Source: a virus (lineage: Duplodnaviria; Caudoviricetes). From it: a stretch of 64,000 bases of DNA. Of this stretch, positions 20,711 to 31,250 are shown piece by piece (position 1 is the first letter of the stretch; each line of letters starts with the position of its first letter). The translations under genes were made by a program, and so were the position numbers. The stretch lies in the IMG/VR virus record IMGVR_UViG_2756170314_000001, positions 1 through 64,000 of that record. The stretch is one strand, 5' to 3'. The notes under the pieces are model-generated. The model saw nothing but the letters and a program-made list of their open reading frames with translations. It did not search any database and had not been told where the DNA came from.

Positions 20711-21298
20711 TTAAATAATTTTTTCATCATTGTAATAGTGATCAGAACATAACGCAAGATAATAACTCTTTTCTTCTACAAATGTTTCTCCAGATCGAGA
20801 GACTTTTCCATCAACAATTCGAGCATTATACTGAGCTATCTTAGAGCACTTAGAAGCTTCGCAACCTCTTGAGATTCGGTTTATGTTTTCGGAGGGTAGG
20901 ATGGTTAAAAGGTGACTAGATGAGTCAAATAACTCTCCTGTGAAGGTTAGATCAAGACCATAAAAATGAATAGGTACGTGGTAGCTTTCTGATAATGAAA
21001 CAAATTCTTCAACGGTTTCTTTAGGAAGAAATTGAGATTCATCAATATAAATTGTTTGGGTATTTGTCATGAATATAATGATTTCTAATAAAGAAATATT
21101 TTGTTTGAATTGATCCTTGTTTAAGTTAATTGATCTTAGGCTGCGTCCATCTCTACTTTCAATTTTTCCTCTTGAAAAAGTATCTTCGGTTAAACTAACT
21201 GAAAGGGCAACTTTTTCTTTAGGATCAATTAAGTAATCATCTATTAACTTTTTAGACTTTCCAGAACCCATTAAACCAGTATTAAAAGTTATATCCAT
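20711..21298 (-). CDS. tdk: Thymidine kinase
   Basis: GLMGSGKS Walker A, IDESQF, YGLDLTFTGELF, C-terminal Zn/lasso region. Confidence 0.85.
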   Translation of the reverse strand: MDITFNTGLMGSGKSKKLIDDYLIDPKEKVALSVSLTEDTFSRGKIESRDGRSLRSINLNKDQFKQNISLLEIIIFMTNTQTIYIDESQFLPKETVEEFVSLSESYHVPIHFYGLDLTFTGELFDSSSHLLTILPSENINRISRGCEASKCSKIAQYNARIVDGKVSRSGETFVEEKSYYLALCSDHYYNDEKII

Positions 21299-21415
21299 AG
21301 ATAAAGTCCTCCATTGTAAGATTTAACTTTGTAATTATATCCGTACAATAGAGAACGTAAATGAAAAGACCAAAAAAGGTCCAGCTTAATAGCTGAACCC
21401 TTAATTAAAAACTTA

Positions 21416-21631
21416 TTAGATTAAGATTGAAACTTTACGGAATGCTTCTTTGCTAGCACATGCTACAGGTTTATTCTTGATTTCTTCTTCAGAAAAATCA
21501 TACTTAATATTTTCTAACATGCTTTCATAATCAATAGAAGAAGGATCAATTTCAACTCCAAAATCTTCTTTAGCCATCTCAATAGCTTTTAGAGTTTCTT
21601 CTTTAAGCAATTCGATAGTAAGTTTTTTCAT
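21416..21631 (-). CDS. Hypothetical acidic protein
   Basis: Has its own SigA-type promoter and RBS. Confidence 0.6.
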   Translation of the reverse strand: MKKLTIELLKEETLKAIEMAKEDFGVEIDPSSIDYESMLENIKYDFSEEEIKNKPVACASKEAFRKVSILI

Positions 21632-21745
21632 GGTTAATTCCCTCTTTCTTAGTAGTTGATTTGTTATTTATCTCTCTTACATTATTAATTATACCATATA
21701 TTGGAAGTTCTGTACATAAAAAATACGGAATTTAGGTAAAAATTT

Positions 21746-21775
21746 AATAAAGACAGCCTTTTGGCTGTCTTTATT
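21746..21775 (-). terminator. Terminator of the alf operon
   Basis: AATAAAGACAGCC-TTTT-GGCTGTCTTTATT inverted repeat. Confidence 0.75.
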
Positions 21776-21926
21776 CTTCGTTCCTAATTATCCTATCTAT
21801 CTTGTGAACTGTCTCATACAACTCTTTTTCAAGTTCCGGAACAGGACCATCCTTTATAAAACTATAAGACCTCATAATGAGATCTTGAATCTCGAGTAAG
21901 TCTTTTTCTTTAATTTCAATTTTCAT
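21771..21926 (-). CDS. 51-aa third gene of the alf operon (MKIEIKEKDLLEIQDLIMRS...)
   Basis: ATG overlaps the alfB stop; GGAGG RBS; not in the ORF track. Confidence 0.55.
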   Translation of the reverse strand: MKIEIKEKDLLEIQDLIMRSYSFIKDGPVPELEKELYETVHKIDRIIRNEE

Positions 21927-22204
21927 AAGAACCCTCCTGAATCATCTGGTAACTCAATTGTTTCAATTTTTGCTTTAGAAGGCTTTGGAGGATCGTTTTG
22001 GACTTCTTGATCAACTGTTTCATATACCGGAGTTGAACGAACAACCCCTCCTCGTTTTTCTTCAAGGTCTTTCTGAATCAATTCTCTTAAATACCAAGCA
22101 ATCCCTCCGGTTCGGTTCTTAGCGTCCTCAAGAGCTTTACAAATTTCAGGGTACTTCTTCTTATTCCAATTGATCTGATACATGAAGTTATCTTCGCGAC
22201 TCAC
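21923..22204 (-). CDS. alfB: Partition adaptor AlfB
   Basis: Translationally coupled to alfA; RHH-like N-terminus and disordered tail. Confidence 0.85.
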   Translation of the reverse strand: MSREDNFMYQINWNKKKYPEICKALEDAKNRTGGIAWYLRELIQKDLEEKRGGVVRSTPVYETVDQEVQNDPPKPSKAKIETIELPDDSGGFL

Positions 22205-23028
22205 GCAAACATCTCCTCAAACTTCCTACCGTATTTTAGAAGCAATCCAACTGAATTAACGTAGTAAGATGGTTTATCCTCACCCAGTTCGGCAGAACTT
22301 ACAGTGGAATATCCAACATTCTCTAAGCATTCTTTCATTTCTTCTGCTTTACCACCTGTACAAACAATAGGGTAGTCATAATCGATATTGCTGCAAGTCT
22401 TAGCAAAAGTCTTCGCCAAATCCATTATTGAATTGTCGATCGTCCCACCATTAATAGTATGGCTATCCATTTTACTTATAGACCCATTGATTAAATAAAG
22501 GACGTTTAATGTCTTAGAACCAGCATCTACAATGACGCAGTTTAATGAATCTGAGAAGTTTAGGGCTCCTAATCCCTCTGCAGCCATCACGATATTATGT
22601 ACAGTGAATTTGAATGACTTTCCTTCAACGATAACTTCTCTTTCTCCTTCAAAATGTTGAACGAAATATTTTTTATCTGTAACCATACTTTCATATGGGC
22701 AAGTTAGAATTAAGTTAAATTCTTTCTTTCCAGTCTCTTTAAAGATTGTATAGAGAGCATATACTAATCGAATTTGACCTTCCATATGGCCTTTTCTTGT
22801 ATTGCCGAAATACATTTGTTCTTCACGGCCGAAATAGAAGTTCTTAACGGTTTCTCCAACATAATAATCAAGGCCGTTGTACTCTACTCTTTCCATTCCC
22901 TCGTAATCTTCTAAAGGCTTGTAGCTATGGAGAATAGAAGGGAAACTGCCGACCTTAATTTGTTTTTTGTCCTTATAAGCGTACTTCGTACTAAAATTCC
23001 CAATATCAATTACAGTAGTTAGTGTCAA
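22201..23028 (-). CDS. alfA: Actin-like partition ATPase AlfA
   Basis: IDIGNFSTK, AEG, VDAGSKT and TGGKA actin motifs; 275 aa recognised as pLS32/pBS32 AlfA. Confidence 0.95.
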   Translation of the reverse strand: MTLTTVIDIGNFSTKYAYKDKKQIKVGSFPSILHSYKPLEDYEGMERVEYNGLDYYVGETVKNFYFGREEQMYFGNTRKGHMEGQIRLVYALYTIFKETGKKEFNLILTCPYESMVTDKKYFVQHFEGEREVIVEGKSFKFTVHNIVMAAEGLGALNFSDSLNCVIVDAGSKTLNVLYLINGSISKMDSHTINGGTIDNSIMDLAKTFAKTCSNIDYDYPIVCTGGKAEEMKECLENVGYSTVSSAELGEDKPSYYVNSVGLLLKYGRKFEEMFA

Positions 23029-23071
23029 GTTAAAGCATCTCCTTAGTTTTCTTTAGTTGGAACTCATTTCA

Positions 23072-23127
23072 ATTATAATGGAAAGTTATTCATACGTAAA
23101 TAATTTTTTAAATAAACTCTTAAATAA
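23072..23127 (-). promoter_or_regulatory. alfA promoter and parN centromere-like repeats
   Basis: TTTACG-17-TATAAT; three TTATTTA repeats at 12-bp period (23097, 23109, 23121). Confidence 0.7.
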
Positions 23128-23580
23128 ATTATTATCTAATCGCAAAATGAAAAAATGAACAGAAAAAATATTTTTTTTAATTCTTGACTAATTTAAAGAA
23201 AACCCTTTTATTTTTATTTCCCTTAACTTATAATGGACTTTGAATAGGATTTGGTCCATTTGTAGGATATTGTAAAAATTCGAAAAGTTGGTAATGTTTC
23301 TAAACTTCGTTTTAAAAATTTTACGAGGAAATAACATTAATTTAACGATTTTCGGATGTTTGTGTCCTATTCGTTTGTGTTATATATAATAATAAATAAA
23401 GATAATTAGTGAGCTTTAAGCAGAATCACTTTGGTTCTGTGGTAAGTTCTTACAAAAATTATAAATTATCGAAGAAATGCTATTTATTACCACTTCGTGT
23501 TATGTTATAATAATTAAAGCAAAATAAAAAGCCCTACCTTGTTGGCAGCAAGGTAAGACTTTGAATAAGATCTTTTTATG

Positions 23581-24180
23581 TTAAGCGATCTCAAGGTATT
23601 CTTTGGCGATAACAGAACGTAATTTTTTCTTAAGCTTTATGACTCTCTGGTTGGCAGCCTGACGAGTCAAACCATGCTTTTTAGCATAAGCATTAACAGG
23701 ATTATTTTTTACGTCAATAATAATTTTAAGTAAGTCCATTTCGTCTTCTTTGACGTTTTTCAAAATGATTGAAAGAAGTTCGTTAGTGGCAATGTTATCA
23801 AAAGATGTGTCGTTGGCAGCGAGCATATCTTCTATCTTGAGATCGTCATCACCTATTGGTGAAGATATTGAAAAGACTCCATTGCTTTGATTCTTTTGAG
23901 CATAACGGGAATATGTAGCATTTCTTACCCCTTTTCTTAACTTCGGGTACAGATATGTTGTGAAACAGTATCCTGTGTCTGAATCATACGCTTCGTAGGC
24001 CCTCCATAATTCAAGCTCCAACTCTTGCTGAAAATCTTCCTCTTCAACTTGATTAAACATGAACTTTGAATTAGCTTGTTTCATAGTCTTATAGACCATC
24101 GGCAAAAATCTTTCCCTCACCTCTTCAAATGTCATTTGAATTGATAATCCATTTGAAAATAAGATTTCTTTCTTCTTCAC
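23581..24180 (-). CDS. sigN: Alternative sigma factor SigN (ZpdN)
   Basis: Sigma region 2 (EDFQQELELELWRAYEAYD...FTTYLY) and region 4 HTH; pBS32 context; SigN-type promoter and LexA box upstream. Confidence 0.85.
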   Translation of the reverse strand: MKKKEILFSNGLSIQMTFEEVRERFLPMVYKTMKQANSKFMFNQVEEEDFQQELELELWRAYEAYDSDTGYCFTTYLYPKLRKGVRNATYSRYAQKNQSNGVFSISSPIGDDDLKIEDMLAANDTSFDNIATNELLSIILKNVKEDEMDLLKIIIDVKNNPVNAYAKKHGLTRQAANQRVIKLKKKLRSVIAKEYLEIA

Positions 24181-24266
24181 TAAGTCTCGTCCTCTCTCTA
24201 TATTGCTATTTCATGTTGGTGGATACAAGTAAAACCAAAATTTCCATATCCATCAGACTTAATGAT

Positions 24267-24292
24267 TATATCTAGAGAAATAGAAACGTAAA
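24267..24292 (-). promoter_or_regulatory. SigN-dependent autoregulatory promoter (representative of ~23 copies)
   Basis: TTTACG-N14-GATATA. Confidence 0.8.
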
Positions 24293-24535
24293 CGAAAAAA
24301 ATATTATTTTTTTAACTTTTTGTTTGAGCCTTTTCACAGATTGGAAGTCTTCAGAATAGGTCTTTTTTGGTAGTACTTACAATAATTATTATATTACATA
24401 AGTACTAGATCGTACACCTCTTTTTTTGATTATTCCCCATAGTCGAAGGATTATGAAAGTTTAGTTTGTTTTGTTGATATGACCTTTATTATGTTGACCG
24501 ACACGTTAATATAATATCATAATACGGTGATTGAG

Positions 24536-24549
24536 GGAACGTTTGTTCC
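24536..24549. promoter_or_regulatory. LexA box upstream of sigN
   Basis: GGAAC-GTTT-GTTCC palindrome; sigN of pBS32 is known to be LexA-repressed. Confidence 0.8.
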
Positions 24550-24693
24550 TATTTTTTAGCGAATAAGAACGGATATATGAACATATAGACATGTAAGGCT
24601 CAAATGACCTTATTTAACATAAAATATTCATTTTATGTATATCTTTAACTTAATAAATGATACCCCATCATTTAGCAAAAGAAAAGGAGGTAT

Positions 24694-25251
24694 TTACCTC
24701 CTTGCTAAACATTCCTTATTAGAAAGATTGAACTCTTGAACTACCCTATTGTCAATGATTCTCTTAAATATTGTACAATGGTCAGGTTTCTTCTTACATA
24801 GAGCACAGTTTTTGTCTTTGAAATCTTCAAGATCTTTTGGGCCATCGAAAACACCAATATTGGAAGCCTCATAAATCTCAAATTCCAGTCTCGGGTTTTG
24901 ACTATCAATATAAACCCTTTCTGCAACTGGTAGAGCCACATCGTCATCAAGATAAACGCCGGCTTCCGTAAAAACATCGAATGGGACCTTCAAGAAATTG
25001 TTTGGGTCTTTTCTCTTGCGATCTAAGAAAAACTTGATTTTTACAAACACTAACTTTCCTTTTTCAGGTTGTTCCCACTCTTGTTCATTCATTTGGTCTT
25101 TTACATAATCAGTAAAGAAGGATTTGTATATCTTAGTCTCTTCTGATGGATATGCCTGAACAAATTTACGCCGGCCATTTGAAGAGACTTTGTAACTTAG
25201 ATAGTTGTTAACTGATGGTGGTAATGGTGAAACTAACCGTAGGCTCTTCAT
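24694..25251 (-). CDS. RusA-like Holliday junction resolvase
   Basis: PPSVN, RKDPNNFLK..FD, YLDDD motifs. Confidence 0.85.
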   Translation of the reverse strand: MKSLRLVSPLPPSVNNYLSYKVSSNGRRKFVQAYPSEETKIYKSFFTDYVKDQMNEQEWEQPEKGKLVFVKIKFFLDRKRKDPNNFLKVPFDVFTEAGVYLDDDVALPVAERVYIDSQNPRLEFEIYEASNIGVFDGPKDLEDFKDKNCALCKKKPDHCTIFKRIIDNRVVQEFNLSNKECLARR

Positions 25252-25796
25252 TTAATGTCACCATTCATAATATTAAGAATGTCCTCGATAACCTGGTCCT
25301 TATCCACTGAAACAATAGTGTAATCAACTTCAAGCTCGAATCCTTCAAAATCTCTTTCATCCGCAGCTAATCTTCTTAAAAGCTCGTCTGAGTTATCTTT
25401 TCTATTCAATCCCCTGGCTAATCGAACATCGTAAGGAGTCATTAAATAGATTCCCACAACATTGTTCGAACCGTATTTTTCAGTTAGATCGCGATAACCA
25501 GAAGGCTCTGTAATCACGATTTGGTCTTCAAAGAGTTTTATATCTTGGCTATTGATTGCATAGCTCCAGATGTCTCCGAACGCACTTCTAAAGCTATTCT
25601 TTGCAACTAATAAACCTGATTCATCAAGCCACTCAAAATAATCTTGAGTAACGAAATGATAATCAACCCCATCAATCTCATTTGGGCGTTTTGGACGAGT
25701 TGTATAGGATATAACCGTTTGATGACCTTGACGGATTAATGTCTCTAATGCTGTTGTTTTGCCAGAACACGTTGATCCAAGTAGAACATATATCAT
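25248..25796 (-). CDS. Guanylate kinase-like protein
   Basis: GSTCSGKTT and SYTTRPKRPNEIDGVDYHFV. Confidence 0.9.
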   Translation of the reverse strand: MIYVLLGSTCSGKTTALETLIRQGHQTVISYTTRPKRPNEIDGVDYHFVTQDYFEWLDESGLLVAKNSFRSAFGDIWSYAINSQDIKLFEDQIVITEPSGYRDLTEKYGSNNVVGIYLMTPYDVRLARGLNRKDNSDELLRRLAADERDFEGFELEVDYTIVSVDKDQVIEDILNIMNGDIK

Positions 25797-26089
25797 GATT
25801 CCTCACCATTGTAATTAGCAACGTAATCGAAAAAATTCATCACTTTAATTGATTCTTCAAGTTCTTTGCTGTTAAATGGGCCGTCGTAGTTTGCAATTCT
25901 ATCGCCTTCCCTATCAAAGAAAACCAATGTATGAGTCTTTTCAATTTCATATTCTTCAATTAGCTCAGGATGTTCGTCAATTGACACTTTCTCAAATTCG
26001 CTGCCTTGTAAATCTGCTGCGTTTATTTGTCTTTCCAAGAAATCATTGAGTGGATCGTTCACTTTATATATCCAAATAACCTTAACCAT
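25793..26089 (-). CDS. Thioredoxin-fold protein lacking CxxC
   Basis: KVSIDEHPELIEEYEIEKTHTLVFF Trx-like pattern; no Cys. Confidence 0.5.
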   Translation of the reverse strand: MVKVIWIYKVNDPLNDFLERQINAADLQGSEFEKVSIDEHPELIEEYEIEKTHTLVFFDREGDRIANYDGPFNSKELEESIKVMNFFDYVANYNGEES

Positions 26090-26136
26090 AGTGTATTCCT
26101 CCGATTAGTAGTTGAGTAAGGGATCCTCCGATCCCT

Positions 26137-26247
26137 TTATGAGTGTTTCATTAACTTGTAAATGAAGTAACCAATAAGAAAAATGATAAATAGGTTATAA
26201 GCTGTGATTAATGTACAAAATAAAGCAATAGCTAATACATACTTCAT
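26137..26247 (-). CDS. 36-aa hydrophobic membrane peptide
   Basis: ATG immediately after the upstream stop; MKYVLAIALFCTLITAYNLFIIFLIGYFIYKLMKHS. Confidence 0.4.
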   Translation of the reverse strand: MKYVLAIALFCTLITAYNLFIIFLIGYFIYKLMKHS

Positions 26248-26248
26248 C

Positions 26249-26458
26249 TTATTGTTCAGTCACCACAAGGTCTTTATCTTTGTAGTACTCGACGGTAACT
26301 AAGACAATATAATATTCCACTTCTTTTTTAGTCTTCTTCGTGATCGTGTGGGATTTAAGGTATTCACCATGTTCCGCCTTCTGTTGGTCTACAATGGCTT
26401 CTGCAGCTACTTTAGTATCCGCAAAGTATTTAGTAGTGGTTTGCATAGTAGTTGTCAT
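26249..26458 (-). CDS. Hypothetical protein
   Basis: AATCGGAGG RBS; 69 aa. Confidence 0.65.
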   Translation of the reverse strand: MTTTMQTTTKYFADTKVAAEAIVDQQKAEHGEYLKSHTITKKTKKEVEYYIVLVTVEYYKDKDLVVTEQ

Positions 26459-26631
26459 ATTAATTTCCTCCGATTTATTTAATGATTTAAAGTATTAAAA
26501 TGAAAAGATATGATGAAGGATCATATCTCCAAAATAGCCAAGAATAAAACCAAGACTGATCCATCCTAAACAAATCAGATAACCAATTGAATGAATTAAA
26601 AGTGTCTCTAAGATTTTTTTGATCACTAAGT

Positions 26632-27006
26632 TTACCCCCGGACATAACCGAGTTTTGGATCCTCTTGCCGGCGATAATTCAACCGGTTCTTTTCTTTATA
26701 CAATTTTAAAATTTCTTCCTCTGTCATTTGTGCAGCAATAAGAATATTTGTAAAGAAATGCAAAGCATCAATGATCTCTTCCTTAAATAGCTGCTGCTGT
26801 TTTTCAAGATCATAATCTTCTTTTTCATACTTGCTGGACCATTCTTTAGCATAAGGAAGTTCATGAAGAGCTTCACTGAGTTCATCAATCGTCCAAAGCA
26901 TCATAGTCTTGATGTATGTGGCTTTTTCCTGAAGAGTCATGTTATCAAGGTCATAACCCATACGTTTTTGAAACTCTTTCTGACTATCAAGAATAAATTG
27001 ATTCAT
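26632..27006 (-). CDS. All-alpha NTP pyrophosphatase (dimeric dUTPase/dCTPase-like)
   Basis: DELSEAL...KEW...EEIIDALHFF...Y.EKNRLN.RRQ. Confidence 0.85.
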   Translation of the reverse strand: MNQFILDSQKEFQKRMGYDLDNMTLQEKATYIKTMMLWTIDELSEALHELPYAKEWSSKYEKEDYDLEKQQQLFKEEIIDALHFFTNILIAAQMTEEEILKLYKEKNRLNYRRQEDPKLGYVRG

Positions 27007-27292
27007 AGTAGTAGTTGAGTCCTTTCTCCGACTTAAATAATATTTTATTTATATTATTATTTAAGTTGTTATTTAATTCTTTATATTTATATCTGGTTAT
27101 TGAAAAACGTAAATCATTTATTACATTATTTTTTAAATAAATTACTTATGACCGTCATGACTGAGGGTATTATATCGGTTATAACAGAAATGTAAATCAT
27201 GACTGCGATATTTTGCATTTAGATGGTTGGTTATATTATTAAAGCAAACTAATTTCCTTGTAGAGCCCTGTAGAAGCAACAAAAGCCGCAGA

Positions 27293-30200
27293 TTACTCTG
27301 CGACTTTAGCCATTTGAAGGTATAACTTCTCGGAGTCATAACCTTTGATTTTCATTGTGCTGTGCTTAAATTGAGTTCCTGTTGTCCGAAGGACGAATTC
27401 TTCTCCACGCCTAAAGCCAACCAGAACAAGTTTACTTCCTCGTTCGAACCAAGATGGATCAAGGACTTCTTTTTCTTTACCATGCACTCGAACGACCTTT
27501 TTATCATAGTGAGCAAACTGACCTTTAGAATATCTTACAGTTACAACGCCAGCATCTTGAGTTAGGACATGGACGAGAGACTTCTGCTTGTTTTTTTCAA
27601 CTACAGTTCCAGCAATAACATCGATCTTGTATTGAGGGACATCATTTCCTCTTCTATTTTTTTTGTATCCAGTTATGACTGGGTTAGACGGCAGATCGTT
27701 AAAATTAGCAATATTAAAGTAGTTGTGTAATGGCATGTAATCTAACTCATGCTTTTTAGAGTAGAATAGTAATGTTTCCATTTCCCAAGCTTCAATTGTT
27801 CCTTGGCAGTGTTTGGCCCAGAACTCTTTCATTTTAATCTTGTTAAATTGTTCAGCAGCTTCAGGAGAAGTAACCCACATTCTTAATGGCTCGATAATCT
27901 CTTTGTAAGCTTTATCGAAGGTTTTCTGATCAACACAAAGTTTTCCGTCTTTAAATTCATAATCAACTTGATAAGGGTACGCTTGTAAGAAATCCATAAA
28001 TTCTTGTTCGATTTCTCTTGTCATAGGGACTTTATTTCTTCCAAAAAGTTTATTTCTAAACTTATAGACTTCAAGCTCAGTTCCAAATCTTTGCTTATCA
28101 GCTAAGTGAATTATGGTTGGTAGTTGGACCATTGTAAGCTTTTCTTTTTTAGGGGTAATTGCCTTAACAAAGTCGATCATTAAGAGTCGCCTGTTTGGAT
28201 AAAAAGAATCAAAGCAACCAGCTTTTATTAACGAAACAACTTTAGCTTCAGAAATTAGACCAGGATCGACTATCTTCTTAAAGAAGTCCCCAAAGTTCTT
28301 ATAAGGCCGATGTTCAATGATTTTTTCTATTGCATCTGTTCCTAAACCGGCAATCGGCTTGAGACCGAATAAGATCTTATTCTCTTCCTCTAAAGGTGTG
28401 AATTCTTTATTTGAAAGGTTAATGTCCGGGTTTAAAATATCACCTTTCATATCTCCAACAGCTTTAGCAATTGCACCGTATTTTGTGCCTTTCTCAGTTT
28501 CACCTATCATCCCCGCGTTAACTGATAAGCAAGCTGTCTTCCAATAAATCGCTCCATATCTATGGCAGATATTCATTTCAATCATTAAGATCATTGTGTA
28601 CCCAGCAATATGAGGTAATGAGAAAGAGTATCCAAACTGAGGTTTAAGTTCTTTATTCCAAACATAGTCCAGGAATACTTTACGAGCCCCAGTTTTTTCT
28701 CCACCTTCATAAAATTTAATTCTTTGATCTTCAATTAATTTTTGGTTTGCCTTTGCAACAGCTTTCCGGAATTTATTAGCTTGAGTTAGGCTGAACCCAG
28801 CAATTCTTTCATCCATAGCAAGCAACATTAGCCCTTCTTGAGTATCACAAATGCCATACCTATCAAGTAAATGTTCCTCAAGAATCTTAATTTCTTCCTC
28901 ATTCAAACTGGCTGTTTTCATTTCTTCGTACCAATCTTGAATGTTGTTTTTGAAACGAACATATTTATCAAGTGGCTGCTCTCCATCAGTACTCAATCTC
29001 ATTAAAGAGTTGCCAGCGCATAACTCATCAAAGGATCGAGGATTAATTTTAGTAAGTGCCTGCTGACCAACAGCTGTCTCAAATTGAAAAGCATTTAAAA
29101 CATGACCTTTAAATAGTAAATCGAACATTTTTGGTGATTCCATTTCAAGAACGTCTGGATGAAAATATTTATTGTAAGTTGCTCTCAATGACCCTTGCCA
29201 TTCAATTTTCCCATGTTCCAGAAGAAGATCTAAAGCTGTTCTAATTCTATCAAGAGCATTAATGGACAGATAATCTAATTTGAGCCCACCCATATAGATA
29301 CTGTCTTCTGCGTCAAACTGAGTGATAGGCAGCCCAGAAGTTGTTTTCATCATGGCATTTTGTTTTATATATCCATCAGGGAAAATAATAACTCCTGAAG
29401 CATGTTGGCCACGTCCAGAAATTAATCCTTCAATAGAGAGCATTGCTTCTTTTAAACCTTCGTATTTATCAACTTCACGGCAAAATTCTTTTGCTGGTTT
29501 GGTTCCCTCTTTTGGGTTTCCGTAAAAACACTCGTGTAAGCTCCAGATGCCACCCTTACGAGTAGGAATTAGGTTAGCAATATTATGAGCAATATCTTTA
29601 TCAATTCCTAATCCACGGCAAGAAGTTAAAACAGTTGAACGAGTACCTTCTGTTGTAAAAGTTCCCATGTTCAAGACGTTCTCTTCTCCATAGTGATCCT
29701 TTGTGATTTGAATAATTTCATGACGCTTTGATCCTTCAGAATCCAAATCAATATCAGGTAATTCCGGCCGTTCTTTTGATAAGAACCTCCAATGAGGAAG
29801 ATTAAATTTAATTGGATTCAGCTGGACAATGTCTAAAAGGTAATTCAGATAAAAGCAGCATGCAGATCCACGACTCACACCAACTAGCGAGACTTGCCAC
29901 ATCAAATCAACCACATCTTTTGAAAGGACAAAATAAGATGAAAGTGGCTGACCAAGATTTTCAGTAATATGGTAAAGCTCATCAAGCTCAGTATTTATTC
30001 TTGAAAGGTTCTCTTTATTCAGATCTTGTTTCTTCGCAACCATACCTTCGGCAATTAAATGAAGATAATAACGATCGATGTCGTATCTGCTTTCAGCATA
30101 TTTTCTAATGTATTCGTATTCCATATAGTGAGGAACAAATAGTTGGCTCATTTCATATTTCGGAATATGAGCTTTCGGAACTTTAGTTTCTTGGGCAAAT

Positions 30201-31135
30201 GTAATTGTTCCAAGTTTGGATCTTATCTCATTCGTATTATCAACAAGAACATCTAATAGTTCCTCGTCAAAGTACTCAAGCAATTCTTCATATCCCATAA
30301 CGTAAGTTGTGGCGTAAAATTCATCAACTTCTCTCTCCCCTTCTGATGCTGTAAGGTATATTTTATGTGCCGGAGCATATTTTTTATTTAGATAATGGGC
30401 ATCAGTAGAGACAATACATTTAACGTTGTAAGCTTCCGACACTTTTAGCATCATTTCATTAGCTACTAATTGGTCACGGTTTTTTGATGGCTGCAGTTCA
30501 AAATAAAGATCTTCTCCAAAAACACCTTTTAACCAAACAATGAAATCATGTACTCGTTTTTTATTTTCAGGAGTAGGATTATCATGATATGAAATTAGAG
30601 ACTGAGGAAGTTCTCCACCAACACAAGCTGTACAAGCAATAATTTCCCCTTGGTACTCCTGCATTAAAGACATTAATTCATCTTTGTACGTAGGAACACG
30701 TTCCATTCCACGGTAGAAGAAAGAGTTGTACCAAGCTTTAGAGCTAAGTTTTTTCAGACCTTCATATCCTTTTTGTGACTTGGCGATTAATATAAAGTGG
30801 TGGAAACTAATCTTTTGGTTTAATGATTTTTTCTCCATGGTATCTTCTTTATCAACCAGGTAAATTTCATTGCCGAACCCTAGTTTAAAATCTCCAAGAC
30901 GCTCTTTATTCTCTTCAACATACTTATGAGCTTTTACATGGGATGATAAAGTTTCGTGATCTGTTATGACTACTCCACTCAATCCAATCTCATGGCAGTA
31001 ATCAATCAATTCTTCTGGTTTATTAATCGCATCTCTTAGTCGAAAATTTGATGCATCAGTGTGTGAATGAGTTAAGAAAGGTTTTTTCTTATACTTTTCT
31101 ATACTTCTATTGATACTTCGTAGTAGTCGAGCCAT
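27293..31135 (-). CDS. dnaE: DNA polymerase III alpha subunit (DnaE-type)
   Basis: PHP domain (HSHT, ITDHE, TDAHY); VSRGSA, PDIDLD, GQHASG, KLDYL, YSFSLPH. Confidence 0.95.
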   Translation of the reverse strand: MARLLRSINRSIEKYKKKPFLTHSHTDASNFRLRDAINKPEELIDYCHEIGLSGVVITDHETLSSHVKAHKYVEENKERLGDFKLGFGNEIYLVDKEDTMEKKSLNQKISFHHFILIAKSQKGYEGLKKLSSKAWYNSFFYRGMERVPTYKDELMSLMQEYQGEIIACTACVGGELPQSLISYHDNPTPENKKRVHDFIVWLKGVFGEDLYFELQPSKNRDQLVANEMMLKVSEAYNVKCIVSTDAHYLNKKYAPAHKIYLTASEGEREVDEFYATTYVMGYEELLEYFDEELLDVLVDNTNEIRSKLGTITFAQETKVPKAHIPKYEMSQLFVPHYMEYEYIRKYAESRYDIDRYYLHLIAEGMVAKKQDLNKENLSRINTELDELYHITENLGQPLSSYFVLSKDVVDLMWQVSLVGVSRGSACCFYLNYLLDIVQLNPIKFNLPHWRFLSKERPELPDIDLDSEGSKRHEIIQITKDHYGEENVLNMGTFTTEGTRSTVLTSCRGLGIDKDIAHNIANLIPTRKGGIWSLHECFYGNPKEGTKPAKEFCREVDKYEGLKEAMLSIEGLISGRGQHASGVIIFPDGYIKQNAMMKTTSGLPITQFDAEDSIYMGGLKLDYLSINALDRIRTALDLLLEHGKIEWQGSLRATYNKYFHPDVLEMESPKMFDLLFKGHVLNAFQFETAVGQQALTKINPRSFDELCAGNSLMRLSTDGEQPLDKYVRFKNNIQDWYEEMKTASLNEEEIKILEEHLLDRYGICDTQEGLMLLAMDERIAGFSLTQANKFRKAVAKANQKLIEDQRIKFYEGGEKTGARKVFLDYVWNKELKPQFGYSFSLPHIAGYTMILMIEMNICHRYGAIYWKTACLSVNAGMIGETEKGTKYGAIAKAVGDMKGDILNPDINLSNKEFTPLEEENKILFGLKPIAGLGTDAIEKIIEHRPYKNFGDFFKKIVDPGLISEAKVVSLIKAGCFDSFYPNRRLLMIDFVKAITPKKEKLTMVQLPTIIHLADKQRFGTELEVYKFRNKLFGRNKVPMTREIEQEFMDFLQAYPYQVDYEFKDGKLCVDQKTFDKAYKEIIEPLRMWVTSPEAAEQFNKIKMKEFWAKHCQGTIEAWEMETLLFYSKKHELDYMPLHNYFNIANFNDLPSNPVITGYKKNRRGNDVPQYKIDVIAGTVVEKNKQKSLVHVLTQDAGVVTVRYSKGQFAHYDKKVVRVHGKEKEVLDPSWFERGSKLVLVGFRRGEEFVLRTTGTQFKHSTMKIKGYDSEKLYLQMAKVAE

Positions 31136-31250
31136 TGTTAATACCTCATTTCTTTTGTATTACAAAGTATTTATATCTGGACCGGCAAAAACGTAAATTG
31201 GATGACTGAAAAATGTAAAAAAAATAACCACTCAGATGAGTGGCTATTTG

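Noticed and set aside
23541-23820. GTTGGCAGC occurring three times in and after sigN
   Set aside because: The two intragenic copies are explained by Ala-Ala-Asn codons; short, and probably chance.
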